Origin: Octopus bimaculoides
Taxonomy: Eukaryota
Assembly (NCBI RefSeq): GCF_001194135.2
Contig: NC_069003.1
Location: forward strand, 33,407,815-33,471,814
Length of the DNA: 64,000 bases
Direction of reading: 5' to 3'
The notes under the pieces were generated by a model. The model made no database searches. It saw only the letters and a program-made list of their open reading frames with translations, and was not told the origin of the DNA. Position numbers and translations under genes: made by a program. Below, piece by piece: positions 10,941-22,707 of this stretch. Each line of letters starts with the position of its first letter. The first letter of the stretch is position 1.

Positions 10941-13379
10941 GAGCTGGGTTTAATTGAGGCAAACTGTGCATGGCCTTTCTGGGCCAAACGCTCATGTGCT
11001 GTTGTTTAACCCGAGGCCATCCTTTGCGAAGAACAATGATCAAAAGTACTCAATATCATCATTTTGTGAATATTATCTATTGAATGTACAGCTTTTTTTT
11101 TTCTTCTTCCTTCAAGGAAGTAGAGTGACTTGGGGGAGATTTGGTTGTTATATCTAGCATTAGCTCAAGTGTTTGTCTTGTGTACAGTGTGGTGTGTAAA
11201 TACAACCAATTCATGTATGGTTCATGCTGCAGCAGTTTACAGCCACAAGGTTCTAATTTAACTATCCAAATGTTCCGACCACTTAAATTACTACATTCAA
11301 AGATGTCACACACAGAGACACGAAATTAGTAAAATAAGTAAAAAACAAAACCAAAAATACACGTTGTGACTAAATTGAGATGTGTATGTATGTATGTACA
11401 TATATATATATATACCCACACACACCTTATATGTAGTATGTAACTAACCAGTGCACGCAAAATACTTGTTTAAAAGGAAACACTATATACAAGACATCGC
11501 ATGTGTGTGACACGCACAATAATTCGACCAAAACATTATAGAAAACATGTTACAAAATGTTATCGATTTTTAAATTACGAACAAGGCCACAAATTTAGGG
11601 GAGGTGTACAGTGGAAATCGACCTCCGTACTCTATGACTGGTGTAAATGGACAGCGAATAAAAATACAACGCCATCAAGTGTGTGTGTCGCTCTTGAGTC
11701 CATCCACAGATTAGAGTCAGAGAACGGAAGACATGGTACCACACAGAGACTTGCTTCGAGGAGAAATGCGATAGACGCAAACATTTATCTCGGAGGCGAT
11801 GAACACATACACACGGTTTCGAACAGGAGACCAAATATATAAAATACTTGTTTAGAAGACCCATTCAGAGACATATTTGTTTTGTAGAGAAACTACAAAG
11901 GCATACAGTTGTTATGAAGCAAAATGACACGGACAAAATAATTCTGTAGAAGATAAACGACATATATCAAACATGCACTTGTTTAGAAGACGAAATAGAC
12001 ACGCAGATATATTTCATTAGGAGAGAGCTGGAAAGACGTACATTTGTTATGAAGCGAAACCACATAGACACACACAAACATTTCTTTAGAAGAGAAATCA
12101 CAGACATACATACACGTAGATACAAACAAAATATTTTAAGTCGCAAAGAATTCCAACATCGTATTACGTTTACAAATGACATTAAATATACGTATAGAGA
12201 CACACGTACATACACGTACGTATATATATATATATATATATATCGATACACAGACGTGTACACACATATATAGGTATGTGTATGTTGCGTGTGTGTTATT
12301 TACCGTGCAAAGCTGGTTGAATGCTGAGTTCTCTGGCGGTGGTAAATCGCTATATGCCAACCATTGATCACTTTCTGTTCAGGAAGCTTCAAAGAATTGT
12401 AAATAACACTAGAGAGCTCGTGCAAGGGAGATAACTCGAGATCCATGTCCTCTAAATATACGCATTTTACTTTAATCACGCGATTACATTCGTATCTACT
12501 TATGTGTATATATATATATATACACACATACATCCTGAGACAAACGTAGATATAAATATATATATATGTGTGTATATGTCAACTGTTGTCGCCCATCCCA
12601 TTTTGAAATGACAATAAGTCTTTCTGTCTCTTTTCCTTCCTCTTTCAATAATTATCTCTTCCCTCTAGCTGGTTAAACACTGGAATTAAAAAAATATGCT
12701 TTGTTTAAAAATATTCAAAATATGTCAGCAGTATACATAAACATTTGCGTCAGTATGGCTATTGATGCCTCTCGTTTGCAAATGTTTTCGTATTACGGCG
12801 ACGAAAAGGAAAAAGACCGTTTTCACGTTAATTGAGCTTAACTGCGCAATTAATGGAATATATATATAGAGAGAAATTTATGTATGTTTATATATATATA
12901 GAGAGAGAGAGACTGTACAGGTTTGAAAATGTGTCGTCAACTGGTATACGGCTTTTGAGAGTAACAGGTGATAGATATTAACATCCCAATTCAGTCATCC
13001 TTTCAGTTTCCCAATGACAAGAGGCAGGATTGAAACTTGGAATGCACTGAGCCAGAACAAATACCATCTCATTTAACCAGACCAAATATACTCTACAAGG
13101 CATCACTGGTTCACCAGTTCAACTAATCTACCACTTTGGAATGGTAAACTAAAACTAAACTTTATGGCTCAACCTTGAAGAAATGAAAGACAAAGTTCAT
13201 TCAGTAACAGTTGAACTCAGGGCTCAAACGGCCAGAATAGTATAATAAGGCAGCAGTTCCTAGCATTTTTTGCACCACAGATTGGTTTCATGCAAGAGAA
13301 TTATTCCACAGACTGGGGAAGCTCACACATTGCAAAACACAATGAAGTACAAAATATTTAATTTAATTTTTACATATAT

Positions 13380-13770
13380 AATTGTGGAGGGAATCTGTAG
13401 AAGGGGTAGACTGAGGAGGACGTGGGATGAAGTTGTGAAATATGACCTTCGAGTGTTGAGTCCCATGAAGGCAATGACAAGTCGCCAAGACATCTGGCGA
13501 CTTGCTGCGCTTGGGAAGACACATCAATCTAAGTGAAATCATGGTCATGGCCAGTGTCAGTGACGTGTGAAAGGCAACCATGCCAGGGACACATAAGAGA
13601 AACCCAGTGGCTGTTGCTGAGTGGTTGGCATTAGGAAGGATATCCAGCTGTAGAAGTCAAGCCCAAAAAGACTGGAGTCTGGTGCAGCTCTCCACCTTAC
13701 CAGCTCCAGTCAAACTAATTCATACCAGCATGGAGAACAAGCATTAAAGGATGATGATGATGGTGATGAA
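13380..13770 (+). mobile_element. 5'-truncated RTE LINE (RT C-terminus, 3' UTR, GAT tail)
   Basis: VEGICRRGRLRRTWDEVVKYDLRVL...IWRLA followed by the shared 3' UTR and a (GAT)n tail. Confidence 0.8.
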
Positions 13771-14948
13771 TCCTTTCTATTATAGGCACAAGGCCTGAAA
13801 CTTTTGGGGAAGGGGGTTAATCAATAACCCCCCCCCAGTCCCCAATTGGTGCTTATTTCATTGACCTTAAAAGAATGAAATGCAAAGTCAACCACAGTGG
13901 CATTTGAACTCAGAACATAAAGACAGACAAAATGCTGCAAAGCATTTTACCCAGCATGCTAACATTTCTGCCCATGCCAGTTTAATTTAATTCGTCATTA
14001 GTCGAAAGACACCTCTTGTTAATGTCTGTTATTTACATTTGTATTTGTGTACCATTTCTCTGTTTCTTTTTCCGTCCTTGTTTTTGTATACATTCGCTGT
14101 TTTCTTCCAAGGAATCTAGTGCTCTTAGCTTAGTTTTTTCCTTGGGGCTGGCCAGATTGGAGAAATCTCGAGTATAACCAGCCGAAATTGCAATGATAAT
14201 CTGGAACTCAACTGAGGAAAGAAAACTCCAAATGACTCGTCCTTGTTTTTTCTTGTCCCGTTTTTGTATCATCCGTCTGGATGTTTTGTGCCTTTCACCT
14301 GTTACTTCTGCTTCACTGCTGCTCACTTTTCAGCCTGCAAACACCCATACCACTTTATCTGCTACTACTTTCCCCTAGTGTCCATTCTCCTCTCAAAGAA
14401 ATCTTATTTTTGTTCCACTCCTTTACTTTTGTCTGCCACTTTCCTCATTTAATCTTTGTATTGGTATATACACTCCATCTATATAAGTATATACAGAAAT
14501 GAAGGGATGTGTGCGTGTGTATGTATATGTGTATATATACATATATGTATGCGTGTATATATAGATACAAATATATAAAGCACACGTGTGTGTATGTATG
14601 TGTACGTATGCATGCGCGCCTAACCCTCTTGACCGGTTGGTGTCTATCCAACCGTAGCTAAGCCTAGATAGTTTAAAACAATAGTTGTCCAATTAGATGA
14701 GAGGAATTAGCAGTATAAACAGATTAATCAACAGAATACATTGTCTGCAAGTCGATGGATACTGCATATTCTCCTCCATTTTCTCATTGCTATATAAATT
14801 TAGGGTAAAATAACCCCCCTTTTACCCGCACCCACATATTACACTTGGTATAACACTAGTGTAACAATAATTGGGTACCCTCCCAGCAGTATATTGGATA
14901 GATACTATCCCTTAGTGGGTTGAATCCTCAACCCCTAACTCTCTTGGA

Positions 14949-14993
<45 letters not shown>

Positions 14994-15879
14994 TATATAT
15001 ATTTCATACATACGTATATATATACATATATACAAATAATCAGACTGGAGCCTGGTGTTGCCATCCGGTTTCACCAGTCCTCAGTCAAATCGTCCAACCC
15101 ATGCTAGCATGGAAAGCGGACGTTAAACGATGATGATGATGATGATGATGATCTATGTGTGTGTGTGTGTGTGTATTACACAATGGGCTTCTTCCAGTTT
15201 CTGTCTACCAAATCTATTCCCAAGGCTTTGGTCAGCCCAAGGTTGTTGTAGAATACACTTGCCCCAGCTGTCACACATTGGGATGGAACCCAAGACCACA
15301 TGGTTAGTGTGTGGTGAGGATTGATAAATAAAAGTGTAGAATTTTGCAGGTGCAAGTGTGGCTGTGTGGTTAAGGAGCTTGTTTCCTAACCATATTGTCT
15401 TGAGTTTAATCCCATTGTGTGACAGCTTGGGCAAGTGTACTCTACTACAGCCTTGCACTGACCAAAGCCTCATGAGTGGATTCAGTAGACAGAAACTGAA
15501 AGAAGCCCATTGTACAAATATTATGTATGTTCTTTTCGATTTTTAATCATTTAAATTCTTCCTCTGAAGAAGGAGCTTGTTTCCAACAAAGATACAAAGC
15601 TCCATCTTTGGAATGTAAATAATGAAAACAATGTCAGATTTTAAACCTGAGAAAAGTCTTGCAGAGTCTTACTGTTCCACTTACAGATTGTATTTGCAAC
15701 ATGCGAATCAGTCAGTTGATTTTTTTTTCTGAAAATCCAAGCTTATCCAGACTGACAGGCATTTACTTACAAAATGAAGTGCGCCAATTATCATTGGTTT
15801 AAATGTAAATTAGTAATCCAGATATAGAAGCTAGAGGTTTCGAAACAGCTCTCCACAGTTATCGTCTTTCTCTTTGATT

Positions 15880-16330
15880 TAAAAAGCGATATTCACATCA
15901 GCAGGACAGCTGACCTCTGTGATGGTACTTACCTTCTCTTGTCTGTCCCCAAAAACAATATCTGACCTGTTATGCTTACACTTGACAGATGTTTTGATGG
16001 GAATGTTACACAAGCATTCCTTGTGCTGGTATTTATGTATGTATTCAATAACAAGGGGGTTCTCTATATTTATTCCAGGGCAGTTTTTTTTTTTACCAAA
16101 TGGCATTGTATATTGTTTTTGCAACTATGTCATGTCACATAGGGAAGTAGTTAGTACCTTGATGACATTTTTAGGCAGCTGCTAATCACATGTATGATGT
16201 CTTCCACAGAGATATGACATAATCTATATTTGTGGCTGCATCTTGGAATTCCAAGGGCTTCCTTGTCCTTATCTATGTGTACGACTGTGTGTGTCTGTGT
16301 GTATCCTTGTCTTGACATCATGCGATGGTT
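15880..16330 (-). pseudogene. RLE-clade (R4/NeSL-like) non-LTR retrotransposon C-terminal fragment
   Basis: CCHC-knuckle remnant RLCHISVEDIIHVISSC followed by NIPIKTSVKCKHNRSDIV..D..EK..TI.EVSCPADVNI (restriction-like endonuclease PD motif), with stops. Confidence 0.75.
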
Positions 16331-16937
16331 GTAGGCAAGCATAGCCATCATACAAGTGGTGTTGGTTATCCTTCATCTCTCACAACAAACATGTCTGGCC
16401 ATGAGGAAATATTATTATCTTGTATGGAAACAGATGAGGGTTAGCAACAGGAAGGGCATCCACCCCATAGAAAATCTATCCTCAACAAATTCTGTCTAAC
16501 CAATGTGAGCATGGAGATGTTGATGTTAAAGCAATGGTGATATATGATGAATCTTATATGGATGTACACACTTTGCATGTTCTTCACCTTATATCACAAA
16601 ATCTCTAATATTTAGATTGATTGATAAGGACTAAGATATAAGGAATCTATCTTTTAAAGCTGTATATGGCTATGGTACGTCCAAAGTTTGCATCACCAGT
16701 TTGCAACTCCTATCTTGTTCAGCTTATCAATCTTCTGGAAACTGTTAAGGAATGTGCAACTAGATGAATAGTCTCCAAGTCTAATCTTTAAAATGTCTTT
16801 GGGGATGTCTTCATAGTAAATATGACAGAGTCTGCAACATTTACTTTGAATGGAACTGAAGTTAGCAATCTTAAAAAAAGTCCATATGCTAATTTTTAAT
16901 TCCCTCAAGCACAAACAATGATTTCAACCGTTTGGCA

Positions 16938-17149
16938 ATTAAACTGTCCATATCCGGCCCAAATATTCTACCTCCTTTGTGTTCCAACTGGTCAGATCCA
17001 GCCACTCACACCTACTTAACAATATCATTCTGAAAATAAACAATCACAATGTCAAAATCTCAAAGCTGTGAGATAATGCATGACGAACTCAAAAGAATGA
17101 ATAAATATGCATTACATTCGACAGAATCATCTGAGTGCTAAAGGGTTAA
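16938..17149. mobile_element. piggyBac-type MITE (TTAA-CCC ends)
   Basis: Ends in gtgctaaagggttaa. Related copies at about 795-965 (ttaaccctttagcatt...) and 52105-52332 (ttaacactttagc...gaagggttaa). Confidence 0.6.
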
Positions 17150-17359
17150 TTACCCAACAGTTCTCTGTTATAATAAAGAACAGCAGAACAGCATGGTTAA
17201 TTTCTGGAAGTTCAATTCACATCCGAAACCAGTTAATTTTACCTCACTTTTTTTAACACTGTTGAAAATGGTTGAGATCGCTTACCTCCAATCCCAGACT
17301 GGGGAAGTAGGATTGAAACAAAATAATTTTATTTGGCACAAAGTTGCCATAATACTATA

Positions 17360-17610
17360 TGAGGTATTAACTGAAGACAGAAAAACTACATTATTTACAA
17401 CAGATGGATTGGTGTCCTCACCTTGTTTGTTGTTATCACAACATTTCGGCTGATGTACTCTCCAGCCTCCATTAGTCAAATAAAGGGTTGGGTTCGGAAT
17501 TCCACCTGATGAAGGCTGGAGAGTACATCAGCCGAAACGTTGAGATAACAAACAGGGTCAGGACACCTATCTGCCCATTGTAAATAATGTACATAATACC
17601 TCATTTTAAA
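17360..17610. repeat. Inverted pair of Penelope-like terminal repeats with hammerhead-ribozyme-like motifs
   Basis: Arms at about 17360-17475 and 17506-17610 are reverse complements. The plus arm has CTGATGA-a-GGCTG(10 nt)CAGCC-GAAACGT. Confidence 0.6.
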
Positions 17611-17899
17611 AATACAGGAAAGAAAAACTATACACGTAGTAGAAATATAAATACATTGTATATTATACAATTTTTGTTGTTTCTATTAAATGCGTTCGTT
17701 CTGGTGAAAAACTTGTTTTTACATTTAGAGATATTTACAAAGTTTGTACACACATCAAAATATATACAACTTAATTTGAACAAATCAACATATATACATC
17801 AACTTGATTTATATATATATATCAACTTAATTTGTACAACTAAGTATACGAAGAATGAACAGATGCAAACGAAAATCACACACATAGAGGAAAACGTCC

Positions 17900-19201
17900 T
17901 TAATTGTCGTTATATCTGGTGGACGGCATGACACCATAGGCAAGATCAGTCCGTACCTGCCATCGAAGAGAATGTCTCGGTTTTTGTGAGGGTATCACAT
18001 AATTATTGGGCACGAAAGTTTTCCGTGGACGGCTTCCAATGACGTCGTGTTTGGCAATTTTCTCTTTAATGCTCCACCGAAGGGCGTTGTGATTATTTTC
18101 ACCGGGAGGCTTGTGCATGTTCCAGTAGTTCTGAAATTCGTGGAACCTGCTCACGGGGTCTGTCTTTCTGTTTTTCTTCAGCCTCGGCGGTGTTGGAGTA
18201 ACTATAATTGAGGACCTGAACCGGCTATCACAAGAACTTTGGGATCTCTGACAGAATTGGCCGTCTCTGTTTGTTATCTCTCTCAGACGATTCTGGTACT
18301 CAGCAGGGTCAACGATACTGCTACAGCAACTGCCACAGATACTACTTGTGGTACTGATACTACACACAGACTCACTTTTGTCGATATAACGTTTACCATC
18401 GGGGCCTTTGCGGGAGACCTTCCTCTTGGTAACATGAGTGTTTAGCAGTGGAGGTTTTCCGGTGTCGATTTGTGATGGTTTGGGGACGGATTCTTGTGAT
18501 GAGAGGGAGGAGGAAGATGACGAAGGTGCAATATGACGAGTCCAAACGTTTTCTTTGTTCTTGGGTTTATCAAAACTATTTACCTGGTTTGGCTGCGGAA
18601 CGTTTGTTCTGGCGAAAGTTCGAAGGAGATTCTCCTGTTTTTCATGTTCCGTTTCCGATCGATTAGTCAGTGGCTGTTGAGTGTGTGTGTATTGATGGCT
18701 AAGTGTCATTTCCGAGTGACCATCCACCTTATTGGCACTGTTGAACAATTGGGAACTTTCAGCTGTGTTCTGGGGCCGATTGTGAGAAACGGTAACAGAC
18801 GACGGGTCCATGGAATTAACAGAACGACGATCGCCTGTATGAGGCAGACACGACTTATCGTCAACGTTCTTGGCAGTTCGTGATGTAAACGATGGAGAAG
18901 TTATAGAAATGGGTTCTGGAGGAGACGATGGAGACATTTTCAAACAAGTGTCAGTTATGTTGTTGAAAGAAGACGAAATCGAAGTGGATTTATCAACATT
19001 ACGAAGAGAACTTGAGGTTATTTTTTTCACCAAATTCTTAAGTTCTTTTTGAAATTGACATAAACTACTTTGGTTGATATCTTTGATGCCATACCGAAAG
19101 AGTTCCTTTCTTATTTCTTCTTCTGTAAAATCCAACCGTGACTTACTGACATCGGAAGCCATATTTGTGTTATGATTAGTGACGCCCTCTACAGGTGCCA
19201 T
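17900..19201 (-). CDS. HYLS1: Hydrolethalus syndrome 1 (centriolar/ciliogenesis protein), single coding exon, 433 aa
   Basis: N-terminal LDFTEEEIRKEL...L..FQKEL..L motif and C-terminal HYLS1_C-type motif KTDPVSRFHEFQNYW...PGENNHNALRWSIKE...PNNYVIPSQKPRHSLRWQVRTDLA. Acceptor cccctgtag| at 19224-19225 upstream of the ATG. Confidence 0.92.
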   Translation of the reverse strand: MAPVEGVTNHNTNMASDVSKSRLDFTEEEIRKELFRYGIKDINQSSLCQFQKELKNLVKKITSSSLRNVDKSTSISSSFNNITDTCLKMSPSSPPEPISITSPSFTSRTAKNVDDKSCLPHTGDRRSVNSMDPSSVTVSHNRPQNTAESSQLFNSANKVDGHSEMTLSHQYTHTQQPLTNRSETEHEKQENLLRTFARTNVPQPNQVNSFDKPKNKENVWTRHIAPSSSSSSLSSQESVPKPSQIDTGKPPLLNTHVTKRKVSRKGPDGKRYIDKSESVCSISTTSSICGSCCSSIVDPAEYQNRLREITNRDGQFCQRSQSSCDSRFRSSIIVTPTPPRLKKNRKTDPVSRFHEFQNYWNMHKPPGENNHNALRWSIKEKIAKHDVIGSRPRKTFVPNNYVIPSQKPRHSLRWQVRTDLAYGVMPSTRYNDN

Positions 19202-20349
19202 CGAGAAAATAATTCCTGAGCAACTACAGGGGAGATAACTATAACCATATTTATTTTTTTTCTTTGATGAATGAGTTGCAGGATTGTTCAGTTGGGCTGT
19301 GAGCTTGCAGAACCGTTAGTGTGTCGAACAAAATGCTTAGTAGCATGTCTTCCGACTTTACGTTCTGAGTTTTAATTCCGCAAAGGGATCTAGTCGGTTT
19401 GGCTGCCAGCATTTCAATAATAAAGGTTTACCGAAAGTTTTAAAATTTGGCACAATAATCTGGTAATTTTGTTTTATGTAAATAAATGCTTGTGTTAATT
19501 TATCCAAAAAATCTTATTTAGCTGTTATTTTTAGCACACAACATAACCACCTCAATGCCCAATGACAAAAAGAAATGAACAAACAAACATTCAGGCATTC
19601 AATATGTAATTAATGCAAATGCGATAAACAACACGTTATATGCGATAAGCACATTACAATTTTTGACAGAATGGTTTGGAAGAATTAGATGAAAGGTCTC
19701 CGGTACTAAAGTGCTTGTTTCACTTTTTCCAGAAAAATGTTTTTGAAAAGTTATAGAGGTTTAAAAGTTTCATAATTTTCACCCAATCCGGAAACAAGAT
19801 TTGGAAATTGTCCTTTTGTGCGTGGCAGCACGTCTTGTCAACAGTAAACAAAGCAAATAAATTGGGGTTGGGGTATTGAAATTAATAAAAAAATTAAAAA
19901 ATTCCTACATCGTAATCTCCGATATCGAATACAGGATTCTGAAAAAATAAATAAAAAATTACGGAGATGTACTTGCATAGCAAGTGACCTGATCTGAGAT
20001 GGTGTGCTGGAACGAAAACAATTGCAGCGTGGAAGGTGTTTATAAGTCAATTAAAATAACACACAAAAACCGTTAGATTCACTTCAACATTTAAATTTAA
20101 TTTGTCAAAATATTTTCGTCGCTTTGAGACCGCGACCTGATCACTGACAAAATTCTGTGCTTGGTTCAAAAGTTATAGGGGGTACTCTTCTTGAATAGTA
20201 CCGTTATAGGATGGGGTGTGTGGGGATTCCGAAGAAATACCGTTTTCTGTCTACAAAAAAGTGATTTAGAATGAATATATCTTAAATGTTGTGTGAGAAA
20301 AGAAATATATTCGGCAATTATAAGAGGGAGATAACTAGTCCACAACTTG

Positions 20350-20690
20350 TGGTTACCCGTTACCATCAACACCGCCGATTTCCAGTGGGTTTTGGTGGAA
20401 GTCAAACGTCACGTACTTCGCGGCACAAATTACACCAATCTACGACTGTAGTCCACTCATGCACAGTATCTTATCGCAACATATCGCGTAATCATAAACG
20501 ACCAAAACGATAGACCCACATTTCCCCATCTATAGCGTCACCACGTGTAGTGAGGCCACATGGTGAATTACAATTTTCGCAAGTGTACAACCACTGAAGA
20601 ATATTGTCTCTTGATTCGACTAATTGAGTGGTATTCTAAGATTCCTCCAAGATTGATTCCCGTTTGAGGACATATTTCAGTGTAAGTAAA
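20350..20690. promoter_or_regulatory. CpG-rich candidate bidirectional promoter (HYLS1 leftward, unknown transcript rightward)
   Basis: High CpG density. Minus-strand donor TGATG|gtaacg at about 20359-20364, plus-strand donor TTCAGT|gtaagt at 20682-20687, and an E-box CACGTG near 20543. Confidence 0.5.
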
Positions 20691-20741
20691 GAATGAGAAT
20701 CTAGTTGTCTCCCTCTTAATTTTTATTTACTTTTCTTATCC

Positions 20742-20960
20742 ATGAATTTTTTTGAGGATGACCAAAAAACTATTGGATTCTGCCAGAATCGTGGTGTTCT
20801 GCCAACTACTGTGATATATCCACAATGTCGGGGTGAATGCGTGTATAGAAAGGACCAACATTTCTGGCGATCTAGAAGGAGTTATACTGTCGCTAAATCT
20901 AAAAAAACTGCAGCAGTGTTGGTTTTTCTGTATCGGACTTTCAAGGTTCTTGTCTTCATA
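20742..20960 (+). pseudogene. Decayed N-terminal fragment of a second Merlin-like transposase
   Basis: IGFCQNRGVLPTTVIYPQC...HFWRS...KK(frameshift)CS resembles the Merlin N-terminal I.F.Q..GLLP....CP.C....WRC...K.C motif, with Cys codons apparently mutated. It is cut off by an RTE tail. Confidence 0.5.
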
Positions 20961-20969
20961 ATACACACA

Positions 20970-21930
20970 TTCATCATCATCATCATCATCATTGTCGTTT
21001 GACGTCCGTTTTCCATGCTGGCATGGGTTGGACGGTTTGACTGAGGACTGGCAAGCCAGAAGGCTGCACCAGGCTCCAATCAGATCTGGCAATGTTTCTA
21101 CAGCTAGATGCCCTTTCTAACGCCAACCGCTCCGAGAGTAGTGGGTACTTTTTGCGTGCCACCGGCACAGAAGCCAGTCATGTGGCCCTGGCATCGATCA
21201 CGTGCTTTTTACGTACTACCGGCACGGGAGCCAGTCAAGAGGCACTGGCATCGACCACGTTCGGATGGTGCATTTTACATGCCACCGGCACTGGAGCCAG
21301 TCGGGGGGGGGGGGCACTGGCCACAGCTACGATTTTGGTTTTACTTGACTTAACAGGTCTTCTCAAGCATATCATATCGCCCGACGTATCAAAGGCCGGA
21401 CATGCAACACTAGCATCGACCATGTCTGCGATCTCACTTTAGTTGCCAGGTCTCCTCAATCACAGCATATCTCCAAAGGCCTTGGTCTCCTGCCATTGCC
21501 TCAATGAAGCCCAGCGTTCGAAGGTCGTGCTTCACCACTTCATCCCATGTTTTCCTGGGTCTACCTCTTCTACAGGTTCCTTCCACAGTTAGGGTGTGGC
21601 ACTTCTTCACACAGTTCTCATCCACACGGAGCTCATGCCCATACCAGCGTAGTCGTCTCCCTTGCACACCACATCTGATGCTTCTTATGTCCAACTTTTC
21701 TCTCAGGGCACTCACACTCTGTCATGTATCCACACTGACATTACACATCCAGCAGAGGTAGGAGCNNNNNNNNNNCACTCTGTCATGTATCCACACTGAC
21801 ATTACACATCCAGCAGAGGTAGGAGCTCTCTGAACTTTGCCCAGGCTATTCTTATTCTAGCTGCTACACTTTCAGAGCATCCACCCCCACTACAGACTTG
21901 GTCATCTAGATAGCAGAAGCTATCAGCTAC
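20970..21930 (-). mobile_element. 5'-truncated RTE LINE
   Basis: RT C-terminal motifs DSFCYL.DQ..SGGGCSESV.ARIR.AWAKFRE and RRLRWYGH...VEGTCRRGRPRKTWDEVVKHDL, then a repeat-containing 3' UTR and (GAT)n tail. It contains a 10-N gap. Confidence 0.88.
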
Positions 21931-22707
21931 TTCAAGTTTTTTTCCCCTGGCATGTGATGGAATCTATTTTCTGTACACACAAAAATTACCTTCCTGATTA
22001 ACCTTCCTTTGATATTGCTGCACCTTTTATGTGTCCATAGCTTACACCGGGTGCATCATATGGAGTTTCTACCTCCGCCTTTTCTACAGATTGAATAGGG
22101 ACATCTACCTGAAAGGTTTGGTGATTGGTGAACCTTTTATAATTCATACTGAAGTTTTACCTAGAGTGTGTATGCTAAAGAAGTTATTTGCGTATACCTT
22201 TCTTAATTCCAAAGGAAGAAAATCTTGCGGTGGACTCCAGCCATGGTTGCTAAGCCCCAAACAACTCTGCGTATATCTGTTGTATTGAATGCACAAGGGA
22301 AACATTTATGAAAATGTATACATAAAGAAGTTATGTTTGCAATTAGCTATATAATTGATAGCAAAATTTATATAAATATAAAATAAAATTAGATCCAGGT
22401 TTAGTCACAGGTTGATCAAGTTTGTAAAGTTTTAAACAGTTTTGCAACAACATAGTGTCTCGATACATTTTAATGAAAATGTGATAGAAAGAAATAATAC
22501 CACTCTCTTTGGAAGAGAAATTCATTTTTGGTGGTGGTGAGGGAAGCATTTGTTTTATTATCACAATTTCCACAGCTTTCACCTGTAATCAATTCTTTTG
22601 CTAATCTTTTGACTGTTTGGACTTTTTTCCTAATTTTTAAACTTTGATTTTGTTTCTTTGACTATTAGAACTTTCTTTCCTAATTTTTTTAGAATTTGAT
22701 TTTCAAG

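Noticed and set aside
11845-12120. Degenerate repeat with a period of about 130 bp (cttgtttagaagac, ttgttatgaagc)
   Set aside because: The frames I checked are closed and no structure or family is recognisable; treated as an old minisatellite.
17900-19201. A PUS3 gene overlapping HYLS1 on the opposite strand, as in human
   Set aside because: I found no pseudouridine-synthase motifs or plus-strand exons around HYLS1.
20352-20370. GTTACCCGTTACCATCAAC as an RFX X-box for the ciliary gene HYLS1
   Set aside because: Only half-sites are present, with wrong spacing; they are better explained as minus-strand splice donors.
21715-21826. Exact 51-bp direct repeat on either side of a 10-N gap
   Set aside because: Identical copies abutting a placeholder gap indicate unmerged contig overlap, not biology.
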